The notes: a model not told the origin generated them from the letters alone. 64,000 bases of DNA from Anaerolineae bacterium (GCA_021324435.1 JAJPIZ010000038.1:126269-190268), one strand, 5' to 3'. Numbered from the stretch's first letter, positions 54,398-63,996 are shown. Numbers and translations: made by a program.

Positions 54398-55474
54398 CTA
54401 CCTCCCGATAGCATCTATCAAATTTACTTCAGCACGCACGCCATTCCAATAGACCACTTTCTCAGCGCCGTATTTTTTGAATTCAGGACTCCAATACTCT
54501 CTTAATTTCATGCAACTTGGCTGATCTATATCCCTGCAATTTGGCAAGATAGCATATATATCTACACCACTTAAGTTGATAAACAGATTGTCAGGGTTGT
54601 ATTCCCTATAGACCTGCAAATCGTCGATAATTATTAAAGTACATTTACTGTAGTTTTTACATTCAGCCTGAAAAACTATTGATGCAAAGCTTAGTCCATA
54701 GTAAACGCCGCCATAATAGAGTTCATCAGTCCTAAACGGCGTTTCTATAACACCTAGACCTTTGTCGTGATTCGTAATCTCTGTAGCAAAGTTCTTCTCT
54801 GCATCATTTATTTCAGCAGTTGCAGTTCCGTTCCACGCAGTGGCTGTTAGTTTAACCACAGTATTCCAATAAGACACCCCACAGGCATATCCCGCCGCAT
54901 TTGCAGTTTCAACAGCCGCCCTTCCAATTGCCTGTTTTGTCTCAGCTTGTTTTGTTGCAACATAGCCAAATCCAGGTGTTAGAGTAACTACGGGAGATGG
55001 CAGAGGCGTTAGAGTCTGTGGAAGCGAAGGTGTATTATAAAGTTGAGGAACCGATATATAGGAATAAAGTCGTGCGACCCTTGCACTATCATAAGAAGAA
55101 TAGCCCAATTGAAAAATTGATACTTGACCACCTGGTTGTATAAGATGAGGAACTATTGTATCAACAAACGAGGGGATGTCTCGAATTTTCTCTTTGGTCT
55201 CCAATTCGAGGTATTGATCGCCTATGGTTCGAGGGCGAGGGTCATATAAAATAACAATTAATTGAGTCGCTCCCCATTCTGAGGGCGTAGACAAACTCAG
55301 GTTAGGGTCACAGGTTGGTGTTGCGGATGGGGAAGACGTCCAAGTTGCGTATCCAGGCGTCTGCTGACTAGGAGTCCCACCACAAGCACCCAATACTAGC
55401 AATATGAATAGAGAAAAGACTAGGATAAACTTTATCCCTGTTGAATTCCAAACCCTTGTCTGTAATGTTTCCAT
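54398..55474 (-). CDS. hypothetical lipoprotein (about 358 aa), AT-rich
   Basis: Lipobox LLVLGAC after ATG 55474. TTG 55522 is an alternative start. AGGAG lies 13 nt upstream. No family recognised. Confidence 0.6.
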   Translation of the reverse strand: METLQTRVWNSTGIKFILVFSLFILLVLGACGGTPSQQTPGYATWTSSPSATPTCDPNLSLSTPSEWGATQLIVILYDPRPRTIGDQYLELETKEKIRDIPSFVDTIVPHLIQPGGQVSIFQLGYSSYDSARVARLYSYISVPQLYNTPSLPQTLTPLPSPVVTLTPGFGYVATKQAETKQAIGRAAVETANAAGYACGVSYWNTVVKLTATAWNGTATAEINDAEKNFATEITNHDKGLGVIETPFRTDELYYGGVYYGLSFASIVFQAECKNYSKCTLIIIDDLQVYREYNPDNLFINLSGVDIYAILPNCRDIDQPSCMKLREYWSPEFKKYGAEKVVYWNGVRAEVNLIDAIGR

Positions 55475-55597
55475 ATGATTGCTCAATCTCCTAGATGAAT
55501 GACCCAATCGAGAGTGATTCAATGGAACCAGAATATATTAATGTTGCCCTAATTTAGCACAAAGTCAAAAAAAAAACAAGTGGTTTTCTTCAACTTT

Positions 55598-55644
55598 TTG
55601 CTTCCTCCTCGCTCTCCACAAAACCGTCAAATACAACGTGGTCT
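55598..55644 (-). repeat. diverged duplicate of the 3' end of the livHM permease gene
   Basis: On the minus strand it translates ...TTLYLTVLWRARRKQ. The real livHM C terminus is ...ALYLTVLWRARRK*. About 32 of 41 nt are identical, and the differences within the shared 12 codons are synonymous. Confidence 0.7.
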
Positions 55645-56325
55645 CTACCCCGCCAGCACGGACTCCACGGTCAAATCCTGATTGGCGTTGATCAGCCGCG
55701 TCGCGTTCTCAACTGCGGTGAGAATCTTTTTTCGGTGCGCCATCAGGAACAGGTCCAGGGCATCGCCGCGGGCGGAGCAAAACAGTTCGCGGGTTTCCAG
55801 TGGAATCCCAAACGACTCCTCGCACCAACCCGTCAGATAACCCGCATTGATGTGGCAAATAGCCTTCTGAGTCTTTTCCCCTTCCGCTAAGAAGCCTTCG
55901 GCCTCAAAAGATTGCTGGTTCGCAAACACCAACAGGAACGTTTCATCTGCCACGGGATGAGTGGGATAGAGCAAATTGACAAACGCCCAGCCGGAAAACG
56001 AAAAATACGTGGGACCGAAGCCGAATTTTTCCAGCGGATCCTTCAGCCCAAAACGGTCGAAGAATTTGCGCGCTTCCGTCCGCCCCACGGCTTTGCCGAA
56101 CGCGTACAAAAGTTGATCCGAGCCATGCTCTCCATAGATTTCAGTCAGCACATTGCGCAGGACTAATGATAGTGAATCTGTACGCGCCAGAATGAAGCGG
56201 TCCTTGCTGACCTCCACGCGGCCGCGCGCCGGCACGCTCTTCAGGGAATCAAAGTATTCCTTGACCGATTCCCTAGCTTTTTCAAAAACGGACGATAATT
56301 CAGGAGGGACTTCTGCGGCTCTCAT
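55645..56325 (-). CDS. V4R (4-vinyl-reductase-like) domain protein
   Basis: SFEAEGFLAEGEKTQKAICHINAGYLTGWCEESFGIPLETRELFCSARGDALDLF matches the V4R C..AG...G...........E..C...G pattern. Confidence 0.65.
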   Translation of the reverse strand: MRAAEVPPELSSVFEKARESVKEYFDSLKSVPARGRVEVSKDRFILARTDSLSLVLRNVLTEIYGEHGSDQLLYAFGKAVGRTEARKFFDRFGLKDPLEKFGFGPTYFSFSGWAFVNLLYPTHPVADETFLLVFANQQSFEAEGFLAEGEKTQKAICHINAGYLTGWCEESFGIPLETRELFCSARGDALDLFLMAHRKKILTAVENATRLINANQDLTVESVLAG

Positions 56326-56402
56326 GACTCACTCCAAGGGAAAAAAATTTGATCAAAACCAGCATGTCATTCCACTACCGTGTTTTCGCGCTCCCGCATT
56401 GA

Positions 56403-56819
56403 TCAAATGGGGCTTGCCTCGTTCTTCAAATATTCATCAACATCTCGAACAAATCTCTCAGATGTCGAAAGGATTTCTTCTGCCTGGTCTCTTTCGACAG
56501 CAAGAAGTTCGCGATAGTCGCCAATCTGTCGCAGGTCAAAGGCCCGATGAAGGGCCTTGCTGATTTCCTTTGGAAACTTACCTTTCTTCACGAAATGCTC
56601 ATCAAATAAGGCGATCACACCGCTATGTTTCGATGTGCCTTTGTCCACGGTAATCAGAAGAGCGAGCACGCTGTAAAACATGGCGTAATAAGCGCGATTA
56701 ACCACGCTCGCGGGACTACCACTTTGATCGAAAAGCAAACGCGCATCACGAAGTGTCTCGCGAGCGCGTTCCATTCGATATTGGATGAGTTCCTGTTTGT
56801 CAAAAGACTCTTCGCTCAC
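56403..56819 (-). CDS. HEPN-domain protein (toxin partner of MNT)
   Basis: 138-aa helical protein (NRAYYAMFYSVLALL...SKHSGVIALF). 4-nt overlap with the upstream MNT gene. Confidence 0.75.
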   Translation of the reverse strand: MSEESFDKQELIQYRMERARETLRDARLLFDQSGSPASVVNRAYYAMFYSVLALLITVDKGTSKHSGVIALFDEHFVKKGKFPKEISKALHRAFDLRQIGDYRELLAVERDQAEEILSTSERFVRDVDEYLKNEASPI

Positions 56820-57145
56820 GCGGCAATACCTTCATTTTTCACGGTGCGGAAGAATGGCGAAGCAGATAGTCGGATTAATTCACTTTCGGTGGCAGGAATG
56901 ATGGAGAGTACCTGCCCGGCTTCGAAGCCTACCTCCCATGCGGTATCCAAAGCAATATTCAAAGTACTTTTTTCGAGAGTTGGAAGAATTACCAGCAAAT
57001 CAACGTCAGACATCGGTGAGGCCTCATTACGCGCTTGCGAGCCAAACAAAATAACGCGCACCGGTTGACCCAATGCATTTGTCAGCCGCTGACGATAGCG
57101 GGAAGCCAATTTCAAAGCCTGTGAGCGAGAAACATGACGAGCCAT
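56816..57145 (-). CDS. minimal nucleotidyltransferase (MNT) antitoxin
   Basis: ILFGSQARNEASPMSDVDLLVIL matches the GSxxRGxxxxxSDxD-type NTase motif. Confidence 0.8.
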   Translation of the reverse strand: MARHVSRSQALKLASRYRQRLTNALGQPVRVILFGSQARNEASPMSDVDLLVILPTLEKSTLNIALDTAWEVGFEAGQVLSIIPATESELIRLSASPFFRTVKNEGIAA

Positions 57146-57189
57146 AGAAGAAATTATACTCTCCTATCCATTTGGTTTTGGAATCATTT

Positions 57190-57252
57190 TCACCTCATCC
57201 TCCGACCTCACCCCACGCTTCGCGGCCATCTCCTAAAAGGAGAGGGGGGAAT
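57190..57252. repeat. GC-rich nested palindrome, intergenic copy
   Basis: CACCTCATCCTCCGACCTCACCCC...CATCTCCT-aaaa-GGAGAGGGGGGA. Confidence 0.55.
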
Positions 57253-57297
57253 CTGTTCTTTAAAAATCCATCCGGGTTCATCCGCGTTTATCTGTGG

Positions 57298-59793
57298 CTA
57301 TTTCCTCCGCGCCCTCCACAGCACCGTCAGATACAACGCGATTCCAAAGTTGAAGAAGTTCGTGCCGCGAATATCGGGAACCATGCCGATATAGACTCCC
57401 TGTGGCCAGAGAAACGCCAACAGCGCGGCCAACTGACCGATGAGGAATTTATCGTAGCCATAGATCAACAGCGTACCGAGGATCGCGCCGGTCACACTGC
57501 CGGCGCCGCCGAGGATCACCATCGAAAGCATCATGGCCGAGACGTGAAAGGCCGCCACGTCCGGGTCAATGTAACCAAACGTGCCCGCGTACAATGCGCC
57601 TGCGATTCCCGCGAGAGCAGATGAGATCACAAAAGCCAGAATGCGATAGCGCGCCGTATCCACGCCAAACGAAATCGCGGCGGTTTCATCTTCAGACGAG
57701 GCCAGCCAGGCGCGGCCCGTGCGTGACGACATCAATCGTCCGCTGGCGAAGACGGCGAGAAGCACAAACACGAGGACGAGATAATAGCCTGCGGACGGGC
57801 CAGCCAGCGTCAGTCCGAAAAGATGCGGCGCGGGCAGAGCGCTCATCCCGCCCGATCCGCCGGTCACGCTGCGCGCGTTCACGATCACCTGTTGAGTCAT
57901 CAATCCCAGCGCAAGAGTCGCGACCGCCAGATAATCGCCGCGCAGTCGCGTCGCCGCCGCGCCTTTGATCACACCAAACAAAGCCGCCACACCTGCGCTA
58001 ATCAACAGCGCCAACATGAAATCAAGTTTCCAATGCAACGTGAGCAGGGCCGCGGCATAACCGCCAATCGCAAAACTCATGGCATAACCAAGATCGAGCA
58101 CGCCCGCCAGGCCAAGCAAAATGTTGAGGCCAAGTGTGAGCAAAATGAAAATGCCAAGGCCGCGCAAAATGACCTGACCGCCGAAACCGAACAACGATGT
58201 GACGATGGGCAATGCGGCCAATGCAATCAACAGCGCGATGAGAAACCGCTTCGCGCGCGGACCCTGAACGGGCGCCGTCAAAACGACCGAGTCGCGCGCC
58301 GCAACTTGTTCCGTTTGCCCGTCGCCGCCTGCAAAGCCGCCGCGCCGCCAAACGAGCAACGCGGCCAATAAACCAAGCAGGAGCACCGGAGTCCACGAAC
58401 CGGTGAGGAAGTAATCACTGAACGAACCGACCACGCCCAGCAGAAGTCCGCTCAACAACGCGCCGACCGGACTGCCGACGCCGCCAAGTAGGGCGGCGGC
58501 AAACGCGAAGAGTCCGCTCTCCGCGCCATCCTTTCCAAATGGACGCGAGTAATACATGGCAAAGACAAAGGCCGCCGCGCCCGCCAGCGCGCCGCCCAAG
58601 GCGAACGCGCGCCGAATGGCTCCATCACGATTGACGCCGACCATCTGCGCCAGGTCTTCATTCTGCGCCACAGCGCGAATGGATTTGCCCAACCTGGTGC
58701 GCGCCAAAATATAAGTGGTCACGACCACAAATAGAATCGCCGCGACCCACACGAAAACATCCGAGGCCTGCAAAACGACTTTGCCGTGCAGTAAATTTCC
58801 GAGCGGCAGGAAGTTGGGGATGCCGTCCGTCGGCACTTCGGGCAGACCCGGCACACTGCGATGCTCGCCGCGAATGAACGATTTCTGATACGTGCGCCAC
58901 ACGAGCGCGCCTTGATAAAGAATAAATGAAATGCCAAGCGAAGCAATGACCGGCGCCAGTTTAGATCTTCCGCGGAAAGGACGGAATGCGGCCTCTTCGA
59001 CCCCAAGACTCAGCAACGCGCCGAAGCCCACCGAGGCGATCAAAACGCTAACCAAAACGAGAACGCGCGTCGGCGCGGGCCAGTTGAGATTCAGTCCAAT
59101 GATGTTGATGGTTGAAGTGACAAAGGCGCTGGTCAATGCAAAGACATCACCATGCGCGAGATTCAGAGTCCGCACCGTGTTGTAGATCACCGTCACGCCG
59201 ATGGCGTTGAGGGCGAGAATCGCGCCGTTGACCAGGCCGAATATCAACAATTGAAAGATCAGGTCGCGGCAGTTGACATTTTTTCCACACCACGTCGAGG
59301 TCACGGGCGCGGCGGTTGTTGTTTGCACGGCTTGTTGTTTCGTCGCGGTCCAGTCGGCTTGCAGGGACGTCTGGCAATTGGCACGCCCTTTCCAAACGAT
59401 GGAGATGTGCCCCGACGCCGAATCACTCGATGTGAATGTCGCATCCGCGGTCAAGTCATCGCCGAATTTTTGAGAGAAGGAATTATTTTGAACACGAGGC
59501 TGAGATTCGGGCGGGATAAGAGAGTGGTCAATACCCGTGCATTCAAGTCCCAGCGCGCCCATGTAATTGTAGACAAAAGAAGTAACCGCTCCTTCCTTTA
59601 TCGTAAATATGACCGTGATCTCACGGCCATCCTGCGCCGTACCTTTTCCTTTCCAATCTCCGTCATAGGGACTCGCAGAAGTCGAGACCCGTGTTGGAAC
59701 GAGAGTTGGCGTTTGAACGGAGGGTGCACATGCCGCCAGGACCGCGGCGGTAACAAAAACAATAAAGAGGGACGTTATCCTTTGGCGAGACAT
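57298..59793 (-). CDS. fused branched-chain-amino-acid-type ABC permease (LivH-like + LivM-like) with N-terminal lipoprotein-like extracytoplasmic domain
   Basis: ATG 59793 (MSRQRITSLFIVFVTAAVLAAC). About 170-aa soluble domain, then LivH-like NGAILALNAIGVTVIYNTVRTLNLAHGD, then LivM-like LGLNILLGLAGVLDLGYAMSFAIGGY. Confidence 0.8.
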   Translation of the reverse strand: MSRQRITSLFIVFVTAAVLAACAPSVQTPTLVPTRVSTSASPYDGDWKGKGTAQDGREITVIFTIKEGAVTSFVYNYMGALGLECTGIDHSLIPPESQPRVQNNSFSQKFGDDLTADATFTSSDSASGHISIVWKGRANCQTSLQADWTATKQQAVQTTTAAPVTSTWCGKNVNCRDLIFQLLIFGLVNGAILALNAIGVTVIYNTVRTLNLAHGDVFALTSAFVTSTINIIGLNLNWPAPTRVLVLVSVLIASVGFGALLSLGVEEAAFRPFRGRSKLAPVIASLGISFILYQGALVWRTYQKSFIRGEHRSVPGLPEVPTDGIPNFLPLGNLLHGKVVLQASDVFVWVAAILFVVVTTYILARTRLGKSIRAVAQNEDLAQMVGVNRDGAIRRAFALGGALAGAAAFVFAMYYSRPFGKDGAESGLFAFAAALLGGVGSPVGALLSGLLLGVVGSFSDYFLTGSWTPVLLLGLLAALLVWRRGGFAGGDGQTEQVAARDSVVLTAPVQGPRAKRFLIALLIALAALPIVTSLFGFGGQVILRGLGIFILLTLGLNILLGLAGVLDLGYAMSFAIGGYAAALLTLHWKLDFMLALLISAGVAALFGVIKGAAATRLRGDYLAVATLALGLMTQQVIVNARSVTGGSGGMSALPAPHLFGLTLAGPSAGYYLVLVFVLLAVFASGRLMSSRTGRAWLASSEDETAAISFGVDTARYRILAFVISSALAGIAGALYAGTFGYIDPDVAAFHVSAMMLSMVILGGAGSVTGAILGTLLIYGYDKFLIGQLAALLAFLWPQGVYIGMVPDIRGTNFFNFGIALYLTVLWRARRK

Positions 59794-59956
59794 GTCGGCG
59801 AGTATAGCATACACAAATGGAAAGAATAAAACACGAATGATGCGAATGGCGAATTGCACGAATTTTTTTCGAAGCATTCATACATTCGCTGATTAATGCA
59901 ATTCGCGTTGAAGCCGATTTTTTAAGCCGCACGCATCTTCTGTGTTTGAACATGCG

Positions 59957-59965
59957 TGCTATAAT
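59957..59965 (+). promoter_or_regulatory. extended -10 promoter TGCTATAAT upstream of dnaE
   Basis: gcgTGCTATAATcgcc, 53 nt upstream of ATG 60019. Same 9-mer as upstream of secA. Confidence 0.4.
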
Positions 59966-60018
59966 CGCCTCCATCCACCGGATACTGGTAACTGATTACT
60001 GAATGCTGATCACCTGAA

Positions 60019-63000
60019 ATGTCCTTCGCTCACCTCCACGTTCACACCGAATATTCCCTGCTCGACGGCTTCAGCAACATCAAGAAGTTGGTCCAGCGCG
60101 TGAAGGAAATGGACATGCCCGCCGTCGCCATCACCGACCACGGCACGATGTTCGGCGTGATTGACTTTTACAAGGCGGCCAAAGAGACGGGGGTCAAGCC
60201 CATCATCGGACTCGAAGCCTACATGGCCGCGCGCGGCATGAAAGACCGCGACTCCAAGCTGGATCGCTCATCCTATCACCTGCTTTTATTGGCGGAAAAT
60301 GAAACCGGTTACAAGAACCTGCTCAAGATTGCATCCGCCTCGCAACTCGAGGGCTTCTATTATTATCCCCGCATAGACCATGACTTCTTGGCGGCGCACT
60401 CCGAAGGGCTGATCTGCACCTCGGGCTGTATGTCCGCGGAAATTCCGCGCGCCCTGCTGGACGACAATCCGCAGGAGGCTGTGCGGCGCATGAACTGGTA
60501 CTACGATGTCTTCGGCCCTGACCGGTTCTTCGTTGAATTGCAACAGCACAACATCAAAGAAATCACAGACCTGAATTGCCGCCTCGTTGAAATGGGCGCG
60601 CGCTACTCTGCCAAATATGTCGCCACCAACGATGTTCATTATATAAATCCCGAAGACGCGCGTTTGCAAGACATTCTGCTTGCGATTCAAACCAACGCCC
60701 TGTTGACCGACAAAGACCGCATGAGAATGACGGACGAGTCCTATTATCTGCGCACGCCGCAGGAAATGAGTCAGTTGTTCGCGGAAGTGCCGGAGGCGTT
60801 GAGCAACACGCTTCTCATTGCCGAGCGTTGCAACGTGGACTTGTCGTTCAAAGGTTATCATCTGCCTGAGTTCGCAGTGCCGGAGGGATTTACACCCAAA
60901 AGCTATCTTCGTCACTTGTGCGAAGAAGGAGCGAAGAAGCGCTACGGGGAACGCGCCGCCAGTCCCGAGGTCAAGGAAAGACTCGATTATGAGTTGAGCG
61001 TTGTCCACAAAATGGGATTCGACGCCTACTTCCTGATCGTATGGGACCTGTGCCGCTACGCGCGCGAAAATGGAATCTGGTACAACGCCCGCGGTTCCGC
61101 CGCCGGTTCGATCATCGCCTACACGTTGAACATCACACTCGTGGATCCGATCCAGCATGATTTGATCTTTGAACGGTTCCTCAATCCGGGCCGTATCTCG
61201 ATGCCCGATATTGACCTCGACTTCCGCGATGACCGCCGCGCCGAAATGCTCGAATACACAGCGCGTAAATACGGCAATGACAAGGTCGCGCAGATCATCA
61301 CGTTCGGCACGATGGGGACAAAGGCCGCCCTGCGCGACGTGGGCCGCGTGATGGACATCCCGTTGAATGAAGTGGATCGCGTGGCGAAACTTGTGCCGTT
61401 CGTTTCGGGCCGCACCACCACCATGCAAGACGCGCTCGAAGTTTCAGAGTTCAAAGAACTTTATGAGACTCAGGATCATTTGCACGAACTAATTGACATC
61501 GCCTCGCGCATGGAAGGCACGGTGCGCAACGCGGGCACGCACGCCGCAGGCGTGGTGATTTCTGACAAGCCCATCATCGAATACCTGCCATTGCATCGCC
61601 CCACTTCGGGATCGGAGGAGACGCCCATCAAGACCGTGACTCAATTCGAGATGGGCGTCCTCGATTCGCTCGGCATGTTGAAAGTGGACTTCCTCGGGCT
61701 GATCACGTTGAGCGTGATGGCCAAGGCCTGCGACATGATCGAGAAACGTCACGGCGTGCATCTCGATTTGGACAACATCCCGCTCGATGATCCGAAAGCT
61801 TTTGAATTGATGGGCGCGGGACAAACTGCCGGAGTCTTCCAGGTGGAAGGCGGCGGCATGACGCGCTGGCTCGTGCAGATGAAACCCAGCAAACTCGATC
61901 ACATCATCGCCATGGTCGCGTTGTATCGTCCCGGCCCGATGCAATTCATCCCCGATTACATCGCGCGCATGCACGGCGAGGCGCAGGTTGAATACCGCCA
62001 TCCCGCGATGGCTCCGATCTTCGACTCGACGTATGGAATTCCTGTTTATCAAGAACAATTGATGCGCGCCGCGGTTGAATTAGCCGGGTACACTCCCTCC
62101 GAGTCCGACGAATTGCGTAAAGCGATCTCGAAGAAGAAGAAAGAAGACATCGAGAAGCATCGCAGGAAATTCGTCGAGGGCGCGGTCAGGCATGGCATGG
62201 CGCGCGAGACTGCCGACGCCATCTATGCGGACTGGGAAGAGTTCGCGCGCTATGGCTTCAACAAATCCCACGCCGCGGATTACGGCGTGATCGCGGTGCA
62301 GACCGCGTATCTCAAGGCTCATTACACTGCCGAATACATGACGGCTTTGCTCTCGGCTTCGGCGGGCCAGACGGAAAAAGTCGCCTACTACGTGGCAGAC
62401 GCGCGCACGATGGGCATCCCGGTCCTGCCGCCGGACATCAACGCCTCAGGCTGGGACTTCGAGATCGAAGATGTGGATGGGAAGCCCAGTATCCGCTTCG
62501 GCCTCGGCGCGATCAAGAACGTGGGCCAGGGCGCGGTGGAATTGATGATTGCCGAGCGCAAAGCCAACGGCAGGTTCAAAGACCTGAACGATTTTGCGCG
62601 CCGCGTCGATCTGCGTTCAACCGGCAAACGCGCGCTGGAATGTTTGATCAAAGTCGGCGCGATGGATTCGTTCGGCAACCGCGCCGCGCTGCTCGCGTCG
62701 CTCGAACGCGTCGTGTCCATCAGCAGTAATCACTTCCGCGCCAAAGAAGCCGGGCAAATGAGTCTCTTCGGTGAAGCCACAGGCGTGGTCGAGGAAATTC
62801 ATCTGCCCGATGTCAACAACGTGGACAAGCGCGAGATGCTCAACTGGGAGCGCGAACTCATCGGCCTCTACATCTCCGATCATCCGCTCACGCCGTATCA
62901 GCAAACCTTCGCGCAGATCGTCAGTTATTTTTCCGGTCAACTCTCCGAAGCGCAACACGAAGAAAAAGTGCGCGTCGCCGGCCTCGTCACCGCGGTGCGC

Positions 63001-63996
63001 CCATACGTCACCAAACAAGGCAAGCCGATGGGCTTCGTCACCCTCGAAGATATCCAGGGCAACATCGAACTCGTGCTTTTCCCCCGCACGTGGGAGAAAC
63101 ATCGCGAAGCACTCTCGGTCGGGCAGATCGTGATCGTGGAGGGCAAAGTGGACGCAAACTCCACGCCGCCCAAGATTCTGGTGGATGTGATTCGCACCGA
63201 AATCAAGATGATCGAATCGGTGGACGCGCAACCGCCTCGATCCGCCCCGATCACGGCTCCCGTTTCAAAGACCATGCCGCGTCCCGCGCCGCAGACCGCC
63301 AAACCTGCAACAGCGACTCATCCGCGCCAGGTCGTGGAACAACCATCAACTTATGCAGTCAAGCCCCTTCACCCCAGCTCCTCTCCCGCTGGGAGAGGGA
63401 CACAGGGTGAGGGAATGCAAGATGTTCCTCCTCCTCCCGATAACTTCCCCGCGGGCTGGGACGATGAATGGCAACCATCCTTCGAGGAAGCCGCCATCGC
63501 CGCCAAGGCCGAACCGCGGCCGGATATGAAACCCATCGAGCCGCGCGAGGTGGTGGAATCGACTCAAACTGAATCTGAGCCTGAAGACCAGAAGCCGGTT
63601 GAAGTCCCGCGCGAAGCGGTGACTCAGCAACCCCCTTCTGCACTCCCTCCATTTTCAGAGAAAATGGGGGGAGAGGGAGGGGGGCTCCCACCCTCGCTCT
63701 ACGTCCCGCTCGCAAAGGAAGAAAAAGATCAGGATCATCCGCCGAAGCAGATCACGGTGCTGTTGCGCTCGACCGGCGACAAGGAACGCGACAAGCGCCG
63801 CATCAAGACCATCTACGGCACGCTGATTTCGTTTCATGGGCGCGACCGGTTCAGTTTCCAGATTTTCGAGAACGGCAAGGGGCACCTGATTGACTTCCCC
63901 AATGACACCACGCGCATCTGCCCCGAGATGCTGGCGCGCCTGCAAAAGTTGATGGGCGAGGAGAGTTGGCGCGTGGAAGAGATTCGGTTTCAGTAG
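60019..63996 (+). CDS. dnaE: DNA polymerase III alpha subunit (1325 aa) with Pro/Glu-rich insert in the C-terminal region
   Basis: PHP domain FAHLHVHTEYSLLDG, polymerase core PDIDLDF, FNKSHAADYG, OB-fold region, and a long low-complexity segment at 63230-63720. Confidence 0.95.
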   Translation: MSFAHLHVHTEYSLLDGFSNIKKLVQRVKEMDMPAVAITDHGTMFGVIDFYKAAKETGVKPIIGLEAYMAARGMKDRDSKLDRSSYHLLLLAENETGYKNLLKIASASQLEGFYYYPRIDHDFLAAHSEGLICTSGCMSAEIPRALLDDNPQEAVRRMNWYYDVFGPDRFFVELQQHNIKEITDLNCRLVEMGARYSAKYVATNDVHYINPEDARLQDILLAIQTNALLTDKDRMRMTDESYYLRTPQEMSQLFAEVPEALSNTLLIAERCNVDLSFKGYHLPEFAVPEGFTPKSYLRHLCEEGAKKRYGERAASPEVKERLDYELSVVHKMGFDAYFLIVWDLCRYARENGIWYNARGSAAGSIIAYTLNITLVDPIQHDLIFERFLNPGRISMPDIDLDFRDDRRAEMLEYTARKYGNDKVAQIITFGTMGTKAALRDVGRVMDIPLNEVDRVAKLVPFVSGRTTTMQDALEVSEFKELYETQDHLHELIDIASRMEGTVRNAGTHAAGVVISDKPIIEYLPLHRPTSGSEETPIKTVTQFEMGVLDSLGMLKVDFLGLITLSVMAKACDMIEKRHGVHLDLDNIPLDDPKAFELMGAGQTAGVFQVEGGGMTRWLVQMKPSKLDHIIAMVALYRPGPMQFIPDYIARMHGEAQVEYRHPAMAPIFDSTYGIPVYQEQLMRAAVELAGYTPSESDELRKAISKKKKEDIEKHRRKFVEGAVRHGMARETADAIYADWEEFARYGFNKSHAADYGVIAVQTAYLKAHYTAEYMTALLSASAGQTEKVAYYVADARTMGIPVLPPDINASGWDFEIEDVDGKPSIRFGLGAIKNVGQGAVELMIAERKANGRFKDLNDFARRVDLRSTGKRALECLIKVGAMDSFGNRAALLASLERVVSISSNHFRAKEAGQMSLFGEATGVVEEIHLPDVNNVDKREMLNWERELIGLYISDHPLTPYQQTFAQIVSYFSGQLSEAQHEEKVRVAGLVTAVRPYVTKQGKPMGFVTLEDIQGNIELVLFPRTWEKHREALSVGQIVIVEGKVDANSTPPKILVDVIRTEIKMIESVDAQPPRSAPITAPVSKTMPRPAPQTAKPATATHPRQVVEQPSTYAVKPLHPSSSPAGRGTQGEGMQDVPPPPDNFPAGWDDEWQPSFEEAAIAAKAEPRPDMKPIEPREVVESTQTESEPEDQKPVEVPREAVTQQPPSALPPFSEKMGGEGGGLPPSLYVPLAKEEKDQDHPPKQITVLLRSTGDKERDKRRIKTIYGTLISFHGRDRFSFQIFENGKGHLIDFPNDTTRICPEMLARLQKLMGEESWRVEEIRFQ
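63364..63413. repeat. GC-rich nested palindrome in frame in dnaE (copy a)
   Basis: CCCCTTCACCCC-agctc-CTCTCCC-gct-GGGAGAG-ggacaca-GGGTGAGGG encodes PLHPSSSPAGRGTQGEG. Confidence 0.75.
63631..63684. repeat. GC-rich palindromic element in frame in dnaE (copy b)
   Basis: CCCCCTTCTGCACTCCCTCCATTTT-cagag-AAAATGGGGGGAGAGGGAGGGGGG encodes PPSALPPFSEKMGGEGGG. Confidence 0.6.

Noticed and set aside
59840-59915. 10-bp inverted repeat GCGAATTGCA/TGCAATTCGC and repeated CGAAT motifs between livHM and dnaE, as an operator or repeat element.
   Set aside because: It is a single occurrence and no associated regulator is in the window. I cannot distinguish it from chance or a genome-wide repeat without more sequence.
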